64,000 nucleotides of DNA from Octopus vulgaris (Eukaryota), in assembly GCA_951406725.2 (NCBI GenBank), contig OX597815.1:248001-312000 (forward strand), in the 5' to 3' direction. The notes beneath the pieces were generated by a model, which saw only the letters and a program-made list of their open reading frames with translations, was not told the origin of the DNA and did not search any database. Position 1 is the first letter of the stretch. Each line of letters starts with the position of its first letter. The position numbers and the translations under genes were made by a program. This document shows, in pieces, positions 51,350 to 64,000 of the stretch.

Positions 51350-51700
51350 CATTAGCTCATCACCTGTAGGGATAATTATATAGAAGGCTTTGGATTGTTC
51401 TCAGTGTATTTAGAGCCCACACCAAAGCTAGGTTTATGAACCACTAGATCTTTTATGTATCACCTGTGGGGGAGTTAGTCATGAATAGATCTAGTGTGAT
51501 TGCATAGGTTTGCTTGATCCTGATCACGCTACCTACAAAAACTACCAAATTCTTGAGTACCTTGACAGACATTGTAAATGTCTTATTTGGCAGATTGATG
51601 GGCTGGAAATTGTTAATGATGTCACCCCTTCCTTTCGTGTCCTTCATCAGTAGTACCACTGCTCATTAGCTAATACTACTAGCAATGTTCCCATGTTGTT
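51350..51700 (-). mobile_element. Decayed Tx1/L1-like RT fragment
   Basis: VVLLMKDTKGRGDIINNFQPINLPN resembles the ..LLxK...N(F/Y)RPIxLLN RT start. Confidence 0.5.
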
Positions 51701-53972
51701 GTCAATTATGATAGAAGGGTGAACAAGTCTGACCTGTACCCAGAAGCCATGTAGAGCAAGACTGTCTAAGTCAGGTGATTTACCTTTGACACAGCCACTT
51801 GCTGTTGTCAAAACAATGATAATGTTCTCTTTAACGCAAAGTCAAACATTGCTATTTGATGGCAAATATTACAGTCAATGAAATTGGTACATAATGACTC
51901 CAGAAAGATGAAAAACAAAGTTAACCCCAAGATTTGAACCCAAAATGTCAAGGTGCAAAAATACTAAGCATAACTAATGGGGACTCTCCATGGTTTAAAA
52001 AAAAGCAGCAGCCGGCTGCATTATTGCTCTGAAACAAAGGACACATTGCTCATTGTGGTCTCAAATGTACAGCAAAACAGGATAGTCATTATTGGAAAGG
52101 CTTTGATCATAAATGTATCCGATCAAGACTAATGTAGAGTTGAACAACAATGAAAACAAAATCATTTAATTCATGACCATCTCTATCAACACTCTACCTT
52201 CCTTAATGTTATCGATAACAATAGGAATTGTTCCGTAGCTCTGTCTTTAACTCTGAAATCAATAATAATGATGATTGTTTCTTTTATTGACCGAAAGAGC
52301 AAAAGACATTGAGGGCTGCATCAAAAGATGAAATGCAACACACAAAAAGATGTTTACATTAATGAAAAATGGGGGAAAAGAACAGAAAGGTATATAAATG
52401 GAATTCAGAAAATAAATAAATAGAATCCCCAATTGTGGCTGAGTCCACTGAAGGTAAATTGGGGAAACTCCCCAAGCAAAATGTTTGGTATTACTCTGCT
52501 GTCTCAAAAGGAATGGAAAGTATCCTCTTACTTAGAAAAGCATGCTCAGGGTAGCCCCGTTCAGCTTCATCTGTTTTTCCAGTCTCATCCACTTTTCAAT
52601 AAACACTAGAAGGTAGCACCTTTCCCTCTACCCTCACCTTCCTCTTCAAATAATACTTGAAGACATTGACGAGAGCTTGGTCAAATAAGAAAGTTCCCAT
52701 CTTCAAGCCCTTCAGATGGGTCCACCACACAGATTCATCACATGCCTCTTTTGCCACAGCCACAAAGCACAGAAATCTCTGCCTCTGCTCATTACTTATT
52801 AATTATGATGATTACTGGAAGAATCATTAGCACACCAATCAGAATGCTTCGTGGCATTTCGTCTGATTTTAAGTTCTGAGTTCAAATTTTGTCGAGGCAA
52901 GGCTAACGTTTCCTCTCATCCTTTTGGAGTTGATAAAATAAGTATGAGTTAGGGAATGGTCTCACTGTAATAGACAAGCCCCGTCCCCAACAAATTCAGG
53001 CCTTAACACTGGGGTCAATGTAATTGACTACTCCCACCCCCCACGTAATTTTAGGCCTTGTGCCTTTAGTAGGAAGGATTATTATTACAGCAGTGAGCTG
53101 GCAGAATCATTAACGCATCTGACAAAATGTTTAGCAGCATTTTATCCAGCACTTCATGTGCTATGCTCAAATTTCACCAAGATTGACTTTGTCTTTCATT
53201 CTTCTGGATCAATAAAATAAGGACTAGTTGAGAACTGGGGTTAATGTAATTGTTTATGCCCTCCTCCACTACGTTTCAGGCCTTGTGTGTATACTAGAAA
53301 GGATTATTATTAAGACAGTGAGCTGCTAGCAGAGTCATCAGCATGTCAGGCAGTATGCTTAGTAGCATTTCTTCTGGTTCTTACTTTTTATCATTTTAGA
53401 GGTCGATGGGATTCACCTCTTTTCCTCAATTACTGGCTTTGTGCCAAACTCTGAAACAGGCTGAGGGGAAGTGGTGAATGCCTACACCACCTCCATAATA
53501 ATTCACTGCCTGATCGTTATGCTTTGCATCTGTCCCTGTTTGGTCAGGCAGTCCATCTGCTGCCAGTTTCCACTGAAACGCATGGATGCTGATGCACAGA
53601 CATGTACTGATGCTCCTACTGTGGAGCACTGCTGGTTCAAGATAAACTCTACAGGCACAGACTGCCTGAGATGCATGCAGAGTGATGATGTTGTACTGTA
53701 CACACTTGTGCAATGTCTGAGTATTGCTGAGTTATGTTGAATAGCTTTTGCATGGCTGAGTTCATCTTGAGGATTGCTTTACCTACCACCTTTAATAAGG
53801 CAGGGTAGGCAGTGTATCTATGCCTAGTGGCTGTGATAAAAAGCAGTTGTGTGGTGGATAAAACTGAAAGGATTGAGGAAAGACACATTCCACTTCAGTC
53901 AATCCCTTATCAACATCTAACCCTAACCCTTTGGAAAGGAAAGTGAGGGTGGAGTGGGAAGTGGTTTCTGCT

Positions 53973-55650
53973 GAATCACCCTAAGCATATGCCTATAGAT
54001 TCAGAAATGGTTAGGGTGAATGGAATCACCCTAAGCATATGCCTATGGATTCAGAAATGGTTAGGGTGAATGGAATCACCCTAAGCATATGCCTGTAGAT
54101 TCAGAAATGGTTAGGGTGAATGGAATCACCCTAAGCATATGCCTATGGATTCAGAAATGGTTAGGGTGAATGGAATCACCCTAAGCATATGCCTGTAGAT
54201 TCAGAAATGGTTAGGGTGAATGGAATCACCCTAAGCATATGCCTGTAGATTCAGAAATGGTTAGGGGGAATGGAATCACCCTAAGCATATGCCTGTAGAT
54301 TCAGAAATGGTTAGGGTGAATGGAATCACCCTAAGCATATGCCTGTAGATTCAGAAATGGTTAGGGTGAATGGAATCACCCTAAGCATATGCCTGTAGAT
54401 TCAGAAATGGTTAGGGTGAATGGAATCACCCTAAGCATATGCCTGTAGATTCAGAAATGGTTAGGGTGAATGGAATCACCCTAAGCATATGCCTGTAGAT
54501 TCAGAAATGGTTAGGGTGAATGGAATCACCCTAAGCATATGCCTGTAGATTCAGAAATGGTTAGGGTGAATGGAATCACCCTAAGCATATGCCTGTAGAT
54601 TCAGAAATGGTTAGGGGTGAATGGAATCACCCTAAGCATATGCCTGTAGATTCAGAAATGGTTAGGGTGAATGGAATCACCCTAAGCATATGCCTGTAGA
54701 TTCAGAAATGGTTAGGGTGAATGGAATCACCCTAAGCATATGCCTGTAGATTCAGAAATGGTTAGGGTGAATGGAATCACCCTAAGCATATGCCTGTAGA
54801 TTCAGAAATGGTTAGGGTGAATGGAATCACCCTAAGCATATGCCTGTAGATTCAGAAATGGTTAGGGTGAATGGAATCACCCTAAGCATATGCCTGTAGA
54901 TTCAGAAATGGTTAGGGTGAATGGAATCACCCTAAGCATATGCCTGTAGATTCAGAAATGGTTAGGGTGAATGGAATCACCCTAAGCATATGCCTGTAGA
55001 TTCAGAAATGGTTAGGGTGAATGGAATCACCCTAAGCATATGCCTGTAGATTCAGAAATGGTTAGGGTGAATGGAATCACCCTAAGCATATGCCTGTAGA
55101 TTCAGAAATGGTTAGGGTGAATGGAATCACCCTAAGCATATGCCTGTAGATTCAGAAATGGTTAGGGTGAATGGAATCACCCTAAGCATATGCCTGTAGA
55201 TTCAGAAATGGTTAGGGTGAATGGAATCACCCTAAGCATATGCCTGTAGATTCAGAAATGGTTAGGGTAGACAGAATCACCCTAAGCATATGCCTGTAGA
55301 TTCAGAAATGGTTAGGGTGAATGGAATCACCCTAAGCATATGCCTGTAGATTCAGAAATGGTTAGGGTGAATGGAATCACCCTAAGCATATGCCTGTAGA
55401 TTCAGAAATGGTTAGGGTGAATGGAATCACCCTAAGCATATGCCTGTAGATTCAGAAATGGTTAGGTGAATGGAATCACCCTAAGCATATGCCTGTAGAT
55501 TCAGAAATGGTTAGGGTGAATGGAATCACCCTAAGCATATGCCTGTAGATTAGAAATGGTTAGGGTGAATGGAATCACCCTAAGCATATGCCTGTAGATT
55601 CAGAAATGGTTAGGGTGAATGGAATCACCCTAAGCATATGCCTGTAGATT
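53973..55650. repeat. 50-bp minisatellite, 33 full units plus a 29-bp partial unit
   Basis: Unit GAATCACCCTAAGCATATGCCTGTAGATTCAGAAATGGTTAGGGTGAATG, with nearly all copies identical. Confidence 0.98.
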
Positions 55651-58600
55651 GAAAGACAACAGTTGGGCAAGGGCTTGTGTTGTTGGTGTTCAAGGTAATC
55701 CTGTATCTGTGGGGTTCCTTGACTGGCTACAGTTGGAGATTCTCCCTATCAGGAGCACTGCATCATTCACGTGTGCCAATAAATATACTTTTATCTTATT
55801 TCACTCTCTTTTCCCTTTCCCCTCATCATTTAGTCTCCACCTCCAAACTATAGATTGTCCCTGTGATGTTCCCTCATCTATACCACTGCAGAAAATATAG
55901 GAAATTATTATTATTCATCCATCTTCTTGTTATATCTGCTTCCCATGCTGACATAGGCTGGATGGATCATCTCAGTCCAAGTTACCATTCCTAAAGACTA
56001 ACCCTAACCTCAATCAACCACTTTACCCAGTCTACTGGGTTTAATTTCTTTTGGCACCAACATTATTATTATTATTATTATTTAAGGGGCCAGCTGGTAG
56101 AATCATTAGTACACCTGACAAAATGTTGCTAGGCATTTTGTCCATCTCTATGTTCTGAGTTCAAATTCTGCCAAGATCATCTTTGCCTTCCATCTTTTCA
56201 GGGTTGATTAAAATAAGTACCAGTTGCATACTGGGGTCAAAGTAATCAACCCCTCTTCCAAAACTGCTGACCTTGTGCCCAAATTTGATATCATTAACTC
56301 TGAGCATAATGTTTCCTCCAGTGTTCTAACAATTGTGCCAGTTCATTGCCTTACTTCTAATAATAATATTAATATTAACTCTTACTAATTTAGGCACCAG
56401 GCTGTAAATTTCAAAGAGTGGAGTTCAATTGATTAAATCAACTCTAATGTTTGTACTTTATTTATTAATCTCAGAAAGATGAAAAGTAAAACTGACCTTG
56501 CTAGGTTTTGAACTTAGAAAGTAAAAGGCTACAGCTAAATACTAAATTCTGCCAGTGCAAATGTATAAATTTGAAATAAGAAACAGTTATGGACTTCACT
56601 AGTACTTTATCAACATTGGAAGAATGAAGGACAAAGTTGATGTCAGTGAAATGTAAACATGAAGAGCAAGCATATTACGATTATCTATTGAAACTGTCAA
56701 AGATACTGCATTGGTTATATGTCAGTTCAGAGTATATCACTTCCTAATTCCTTTGGGGAAATGCTTCAGTGTGGCAACTTCTTCCTTTTTCTCTAATATC
56801 AAATCCTCTTAATAAACCACTTCATTATGCAAGCAATGACTTTGTTTCATTATCGTCATCATCATTTAATGTCTGCTTTCTGTGCTGACATGGGTTGGAT
56901 GGTTTGACTGAGGATTGGCAAGCCAGAAGACTGCACCAGCCTCCAATCTTATCTAGCAAGGTTTCTAGAGCTGGATGCTCTTCCTAACACCAACCACTCC
57001 GAGAGTATTGGGTATTCTTTTTACGTGCCACAGGTAAGGGACCAGTCAAGCAGCACTGGCATCAACCACATTTGAATGGTGCTTTATACATGCCACTGGT
57101 ATGGGTGCCAGTCAGGCAGTACTGGCATCAGTAGGGTACTCTTAAATGGGCCGGTTATGCTACACTGGCATGGGCCACAGTTACGGTCTTTGATTATAGT
57201 TCTGGTTTTGTTACAAGAATTCATTATTTCTTTAGTCAGCAACCTGATTGTTGATTCTCAGTTCAGAGTATATCACTTCCACAGGTTCCCTCCACTGTTA
57301 GGATGTGACACTTTTCCACACAGCTGTCCTCATCCATATCATCATCATATGACCATACCAGTGCAGTCATCTCTCTTGCACACCACATCTGATGCTTCAT
57401 CATCATCATCGTTTAACGTCCACTTTCCATACTAGCTGGGTTGGACGATTTGATTGAGGACTGGCGAACCTGATGGCTGCACCAGGCTCCGATCAGATCT
57501 GGCAGAGTTTCTACAGCTGGATGCCCTTCCTAATGCCAACCACTCCGTGAGTGTAGTGGGTGCTTTTACGTGCCACCCGCATGAGGTCCAGTCAGATGGT
57601 ACAAGCAATGACCACGCTCAGATGGTGTTTATTACATGTCACCTGGACAGGAGCCAGTCCAACAGCACTGGCAATGACATCGCTTGAATGTTTTTTCATG
57701 TGCCACCAGCACAAGTGCCAGTAAGGTGACGCTGGTAACAATCACGCTCAAATGGTATTTTTTACGTGCCACCGGTACGGAAGCCAGTTAGCCACTCTGG
57801 CAACAATCACGCTCAGATGGTGCTCTTAGCGCACCACTAGCATGGATGCCAGCCATCGAATTTGATTTTGATTTCACTTGCCTCAACAGGTCTTCGCAAA
57901 CAGAGTTTAGTGTCCAAAGAGGGAAAGGTACGCATAAGTGGGCTAGTTATGCCCTGGCATAGGCCACGAGGTTATAGTCTCACTTGGCTTGCCATGTCTT
58001 CTCAAGCACAGGTCTTGGTCACTAGTCATTACCTTGGTGAGGCCTAATGTTCGAAGGTCGTGCTTCACCACTTCATCCCAGGTCTTCCTGGGTCTGCCTC
58101 AACCGCTAGGGTGTGGCACTTTTCCACACAGCTGTCCTCATCCATTCTTGCCACATGACCATACCAGTGCAGTTGTCTCTCCTGCACATCACTTTTGATG
58201 CTTCTTAGGTCCAACTTTTCTCTCAAGGTACTTACACTCTGTCGAGTACGCGCACTGATATTACACATCCATCAGAGCATACTGTCCCTGTACATGATTC
58301 AATAAGTAATCATTTAACTTCCCCTTTTCCGTGCTTGCGTTGAGTTATGTGGAATTTGTTGAGGCAAATTTTCTGCAGCCTGGTGCCTTTCCTGTTGCCA
58401 ACTCTCACCTGTTTCAAGCAAGATAATATATCCCAGGGTCAGACATATTTTTCAAGGGGGACTGGAAACAACAAGGCTTGTATGACAGGGGATGCTCATT
58501 TACGGTCATTATGTGATGTCAAGACAAGCATACATACACATGTACACGATGGGTTTCTTTCTGTTTCCTGTCTACCAAATCCACTCTCAAGGCTTGGCCT

Positions 58601-61185
58601 GGGAACTATAATACAAAACACTCGCCCAAGGTGCCATGCAGTGAGACTGAACCTGAGACTATATGGCTGCAAAGCAAGCTCCTTAACCACACAGCTGCAC
58701 TTGTGTATTAATATTGATTTCTAAGAAAGCTACTAATTTTAGAGTGAGTGTGGAAGAGATTGATCTTGAGTATGTGGCCCGCAATGGGATTTGAAGTTTA
58801 AAAGTAGCCAGAAATGATTGTAATTTGTGATCCCCATTCAAATGGGACCAATGATGATTTGATTTTCTTCTTTCTCGGCTCAATAAAATATCAGTAGAGT
58901 GTTGGAGTCTGTTGACTGTATCCCCAGAACAAGTGGTTCACCAAATCAAACAATGGAAGAAACTAGAAGTTATAAAACTTGCTTTGTAAACCTTATCACA
59001 GTTTATATTTTATTTATTTATGGCTCTCTCTGTGGTCGTCTAATGTGCTAGAAATAGCAGCCACATTTCCCTCAAATCACATACTACCAGCTTAAAAAAG
59101 AAATGACATCTTGTCAAAGATATGCAAAAAAAGAGATGGTCATGTATGGACTGACTCTGATAGATCTGCTCAATGAGGGTAGTTAGGCTTGTGACCAAAC
59201 ATTAACAACTCTTATTTGGCTAATTGTTGTTTAAACATCTTGTATATGGTTGTTCCATTTGCTAGAAATAGCAGCTAAATTCCTAGTTTCACACTAGACA
59301 GATTGAATGTTATCCATTCAAGATAAAAGTTGGAATTGTGACTGAAATGTTTTTCGTTATTGGTCTGTTCCCATAAGGGTGGGGTATTGACTGGAGGTGT
59401 GGCAACTAAGTTTTAATATATCAACAATTACTTTCTGTGTAGAACAACTAGTGTTCTATTCCTCCACCGACACAGGACTACTACAAGTCTATACATTGAC
59501 ATGATGTGTGTGTGTGTGTGTGTGTGTACATTTAAGAAGGCCTCTATGGTGGAAATTGACTCAGATAAATTCTGTGTTAAAAAAAATACACCACTGGCCT
59601 GTTCATACCCAACAAACCCAGTTTGAACATGTTAATTATGACTGCATATACATATATTTCAATCATTGGTGCTTTAGTATACCTCCACTTTACATACATA
59701 TACACACGATAGAAATTGAAGAGAAAATGCCATTTAAATTCATAGTCAATTAAACTAATTAACTACAAAGGTGTGACCCACGATGTTTAGATTTAATTTG
59801 CTGACCTGTAATGTTACATTTCCTTGCAGCTGATCATATTTGCCACGTGGCAAGTAATAATAAATATTCATCAGCCACAGATAGCTTCGCTGCCTTAAAG
59901 TTGCTATCAATGGCTGAATCTATCCTTTAGCGACACTCTTATTATTTTTGACACTGCTTGGTCGTTGAATCCTCGATAGCTTCTGTTACTAAGAGAAATA
60001 GCTTTTGTTTCAAATATTGTTTGTTGGTAAATAGTTTTAATAGAAATCCACTGAAAGAGACATTCTGCTAATAAAAGTAGATTTTGCAAATATTTAAAAT
60101 GAAAAATATTTTTGCAGGTTTAACTGGAAATTTCCCAATTATTTATTTCTAATTTGTTCCAGTATCATCATCATCATCATCGTTGTTTGTCTGCTTTCCA
60201 TGCTGGTATGGGTTGGACAATTCGACTGAGGGCTGGTGAGCCAGAAGGCTGTACCAGGCTCCAATCTGATCTGGCAATGTTTCTACAGCTGGATGCCCTT
60301 CCTAATGCCAACCACTCCGAGAGTGTAGTGGGTGCTTTTTACGTGCCACTGGCATGAGGGCCGGTCAGGCAGTTCTGGCATTGACCATGCTCAAATGGTG
60401 CTGAATGAATGTATAGAAAATAACATTAGACATTGTTAGAATCTGAGAAAGAGATACAGGAACACACATACACACACATTTTACATCCACAATTGGATTG
60501 GCTTTCTGAGGTAGTATTTTATGGCTGGATGCCCTTCCCTAACTTCAACCCTGCGAGTAAACTCTTACAGCATGCAGACAGAGAGGTTGAAAGGCATTCT
60601 GTAATAGTCCTGTGATATGTGGTTGGACCCTGTCTTTTTGTGCCTTTCATGTTCAGTTGACAGATTTGTGTGATTGATGGAGGAACCCCCCCCCCATAGA
60701 TGATGTCATTAGTCTTCAGTTTACATCTCTTATTCCATATCTGCTGGGAAAATGTTGAATTCCATAGGGTTGCTGCTCTGGAGAAGAAAGGAATGGTTAG
60801 TGTGGGGTCTTATAGAGTTAATGAGGAAGAGATGTGGGTTTAGGTGTAGGTCATAGTTGGAGATTAAAAATGTAGAGTGAATAGGAAGGCTTCAGGGATG
60901 TTGTGTTGTGCCAGTCAGTCAGTTGTCATTTGGTGGTGGTGGTGGTGATAGGAGTTGCAGCGAATGTGCAAGTAATTAATATTTCTTATTTAGTCTCATC
61001 TGAGCTTTGTAAACATTTTTTAATGAGCTAAAGTATTTTCCCTTAAAAGAGTAAACATTTGCTTTCTTTCTCCAACTGAACGAGTTATCATTTCATTAAG
61101 TAATGTGTACATCATTCGGTACATCAACACCTGATTAACACCTGAATCCGTCTCAGTTATTTGCATCAGCTCAATTTTTGTTTAA

Positions 61186-61386
61186 CCCTTTCATTGCTAT
61201 ATTTCTATTGAAATATGGTTCTATTGTTTTAGCTAATTTTAAAATTGATAAAGAATTTAGTAAAAATCAATTTGTCATTATTAAGCTGGTGTTTTGAACA
61301 TAGATTAACAAGAAATTTTGGAAGATTTTAAACAAGAAGTTGGCACAGAACCTGAGGTAGTCTTAGGCAAGTTGGTATTAAAAGGG
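61186..61386. mobile_element. piggyBac-type MITE
   Basis: TTAA|CCCTTT...AAAGGG|TTAT termini and ~200 bp non-coding interior. Confidence 0.6.
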
Positions 61387-62230
61387 TTATTATAGTATCT
61401 ATTACTTTTGGCTAAAAATCTTCATAACCTTTTTTATTGACAAATCCTCTGTTTATCAATCAACTAGCTCCATGAATATCAAACCTGTACTCTTAATGTC
61501 CCTACAAAGTTCAGATTTTCCATGAGAAACACATTTCTTAAAATTAATTCCTAATTTGTTCCAGTCTTCCTTTTTATTTCTTCAGTGTGAATCATGATCA
61601 GTTATCACTAGGTCTTTGTCTTCTTTCCCTAAGAAGGAAATTTGAGCCCCTTGACTATTTTGTCTTTCCTTCATTGGACACTAAACTCTGCTTGCAAAGA
61701 CCTGTTGAGGCAAGTGAAATTAAATAAAATTCGATGATTGGCATCCATGCTAGTGGAGCACTAAGAGTACTATCCGAGCGTGATCATTGCCAGAGCAACA
61801 AACTGGCTTCTGTGCCGGTGGCATGTTTAAAGCAACATTCGAGCGTGATCGTTACCTGCGTCGCCCTACAGGCACTTGTGCTGGTGGCACGTGAAAAAAC
61901 ATTCGAGTGAGGTTGTTGCCAGTGCTGCTGGACTGGCTCCTGTGTAGGTGGCACATAAAAAGCACCATTTGAGCGTGGCCTTTGCCAATACCACCTGACT
62001 AGCCCTCGTGCCGGTGGCATGTAAAAGCACCCACTACACTCTCGGAGTGGTTGGCGTTAGGAAGGGCATCCAACTGTAGAAACTCTGCCAGATCAGATTG
62101 GAGCCTGGTGCAGACATCTAGTTCACCAGACCTCAGTTAAATCTTCCAACCCATGCTAGCATGGAAAGCGGACGTTAAATGGCGATGATGATGATGGATT
62201 ATTTAATCTGATAGGTTTTACTTTTCTTTA

Positions 62231-63130
62231 CAGGGTGTTCACACTAAATTTGACAATTTGTTTTTCTTTTTTTGATTCCTTATGTCAGAAACAGCTTGCA
62301 ATATTGATGAACAGTGAGTGCCATTGGTGAGCATAAAAGATTAAAGTCATAGTTGAGGAAAAGTTAGCTGACATGGAGACCTGGAAGCCATCTGAATATT
62401 GGAAAAGTGTTAGCTGTATTATGATTCATGTTGGGTATCAAAATGCTGACATCATGACTGTGGCTCATTGTTCTGTGAGCACCATAAAATCTGTCGGATG
62501 GGATATGGACTGCTGCAACAGAGATTATGAAGCCATGGTCAGCAGGAAGGGAGACAGTGAGCATTCGGAATGTATCTGCACACTGGAATTCATCCAGCAA
62601 GTGATAAAAAGGGCTTTAAGCTCTCTTCAGATGGCTATGTGAAGCTGCTGGAGACCATGCTCAAAACCTGGCTGGATGGTCATATGTGGGGTGGCATGAT
62701 TCAGCTCCTTGCCATACCTCTGGAAGTGGTTGTCTGAGAATTTCTATAACTTCACCAGCCCCAGTTTCTGGTCTCTTAATCCCCCTGATTGTAATCCCAT
62801 GGATTACTATGTATGGGGCCATGGTTGAGAAAGACACTGGCTACTCTGCCTACAGCACCAAGACCGAGCTGGTTTCCAAGATCAAGGAATTGCTCAAAGA
62901 TCTTTCTAGAGACATAGTGAGGAACACCTGCCCCAGATTCCAGAGCCCTCTTGAGGCTGTGGTGGAAACTGAGAGTAATTATTTTGAGTAAGCTCTTATC
63001 TTCTGGCCATATTGATATTTTTGGATGGGATATTGTGTTTTCTTTTCCTTCTATGCAAACTGTCAAAACCTGGTGTTTTGATTTTAATTTGCTTTTGGGG
63101 TTTGTCAGTTCTTCTTTAAATTCACTCAAA
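62231..63130 (+). mobile_element. Decayed Tc1/mariner (maT-like) transposon
   Basis: TA|CAGGGTG left end. Remnants read HDSAPCHTS, PDCNPMDYYVWG and TKTELVSKIKE...RFQSPLEAVVETESNYFE. The right end is uncertain. Confidence 0.75.
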
Positions 63131-64000
63131 ACTAAAACTAGTTTAGTCACAATGTTTTAACATTTGTTCATTACTCTTCATTCCCTGTCAATACAATGTC
63201 TTATGTTGTACATTTAGTTAGCCAGCCATCCTTGTTGTCTTTGCTCCTTTCAGCTTTTCTTTTGTTTTATAAGACAGTTTGTTATCAACACCATGGCTTA
63301 AAAATTGTTAGTGATGAAAGTGGTAAATAATACCAAAAAGGTAATCTTCATGTCCAATTTAAAATGAGTATGTTGTTAGAACACTGAATACTGTTATTAG
63401 CCTTGAGAAACCCTCTCTTATAGGCGCTTGGTGCATAAAAGCACACACACACGATCTGGTTGTGGCAGACGAGAATCATGTTATGAGTGCTGGAGTTCCC
63501 ATATTATGCAATTTCGTTCTTTTATATCCTTGTATTGGATATATAATGTAATGAAGCAGTTGGGAAGAAAGTATACACATAATGCAATACTTATTTTTTT
63601 ACTGCCTGCAAGGGGCTACACACAGAAGGAACAAACAAGGACAGACAAATGGATTAAGTTGATTAAATCGACCCCAGTGCATAACTAGTACTTAATTTAT
63701 CGACCCCGCAAGGATGAAAGGCAAAGTCAACCTTGGCAGAATTTGAACCCAGAACGTAGTGGCAGACGAAATACCGCTAAGCATTTCGCTTGGCGTGCTA
63801 ACGTTTCTGCCAGCTTGCCACCTTTAATGATGCAATACTATTACACAAGACTCAATGCTCTATATCAAAAACTCACAGTGAACTGCTACCAACCCAAACT
63901 GCCAATCGGTCACAGTTTTAAAAAAATTTTTCTAACAATGTGTCAGTCCACCTTTAGTTACTTGGGGTGGGGGTCAGAATTCTTCCACAACATCTCCCCT

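Noticed and set aside
51620-51660. CTGATGA-AGGACAC-GAAA on the minus strand
   Set aside because: Stems II and III do not pair, and the stretch lies within a LINE RT coding remnant.
53400-53900. Several Cys-rich short ORFs beside the minisatellite
   Set aside because: No splice or family support. At most this is a decayed LINE endonuclease remnant (..YNII...GGVGI), too weak to annotate.
53973-55650. CRISPR array or tandem hammerhead (CTGTAGA-TTCA-GAAA) interpretation
   Set aside because: There are no unique spacers and the context is eukaryotic. The hammerhead-like stretch lacks the invariant A6 and has no stem II.
42863-64000. GOLPH3 exon 2 (expected GYTSFWNDCISSGLRG)
   Set aside because: Not found by eye in the window. 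The AG at 62232-62233 is a transposon end (TA|CAGGGTG), not an exon start.

Overview
Repeat-dense, AT-rich animal genomic DNA. The SINE, RTE and microsatellite landscape looks like a coleoid cephalopod, probably Octopus (inference). Two host genes sit head-to-head across a 765-bp spacer. The first is a complete 7-exon CFAP161 on the minus strand (41908 to 14490, 1188-nt CDS, 395 aa, all GT-AG junctions in phase). The second is exon 1 of GOLPH3 on the plus strand (42674-42862), whose intron 1 appears to run past the window end. The rest is mostly transposon debris (CR1, RTE, R4/Dong-type, Tx1-like, Tc1/mariner, hAT and piggyBac MITEs, tRNA-derived SINEs), an ~8-kb (TATG)n array and a 33.6-copy 50-bp palindromic minisatellite. 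The most notable item is a complete type I hammerhead ribozyme fold (minus strand, 47754-47812) in the loop of a 338-bp palindromic element, with two degenerate hammerhead-like relatives elsewhere. Also notable are RFX X-boxes at the CFAP161 start and a long CFAP161 C-terminal tail carrying a PP1-docking-like RKKVEFAD motif. All calls were made by eye, and repeat boundaries are approximate unless TSDs or TIRs are given.
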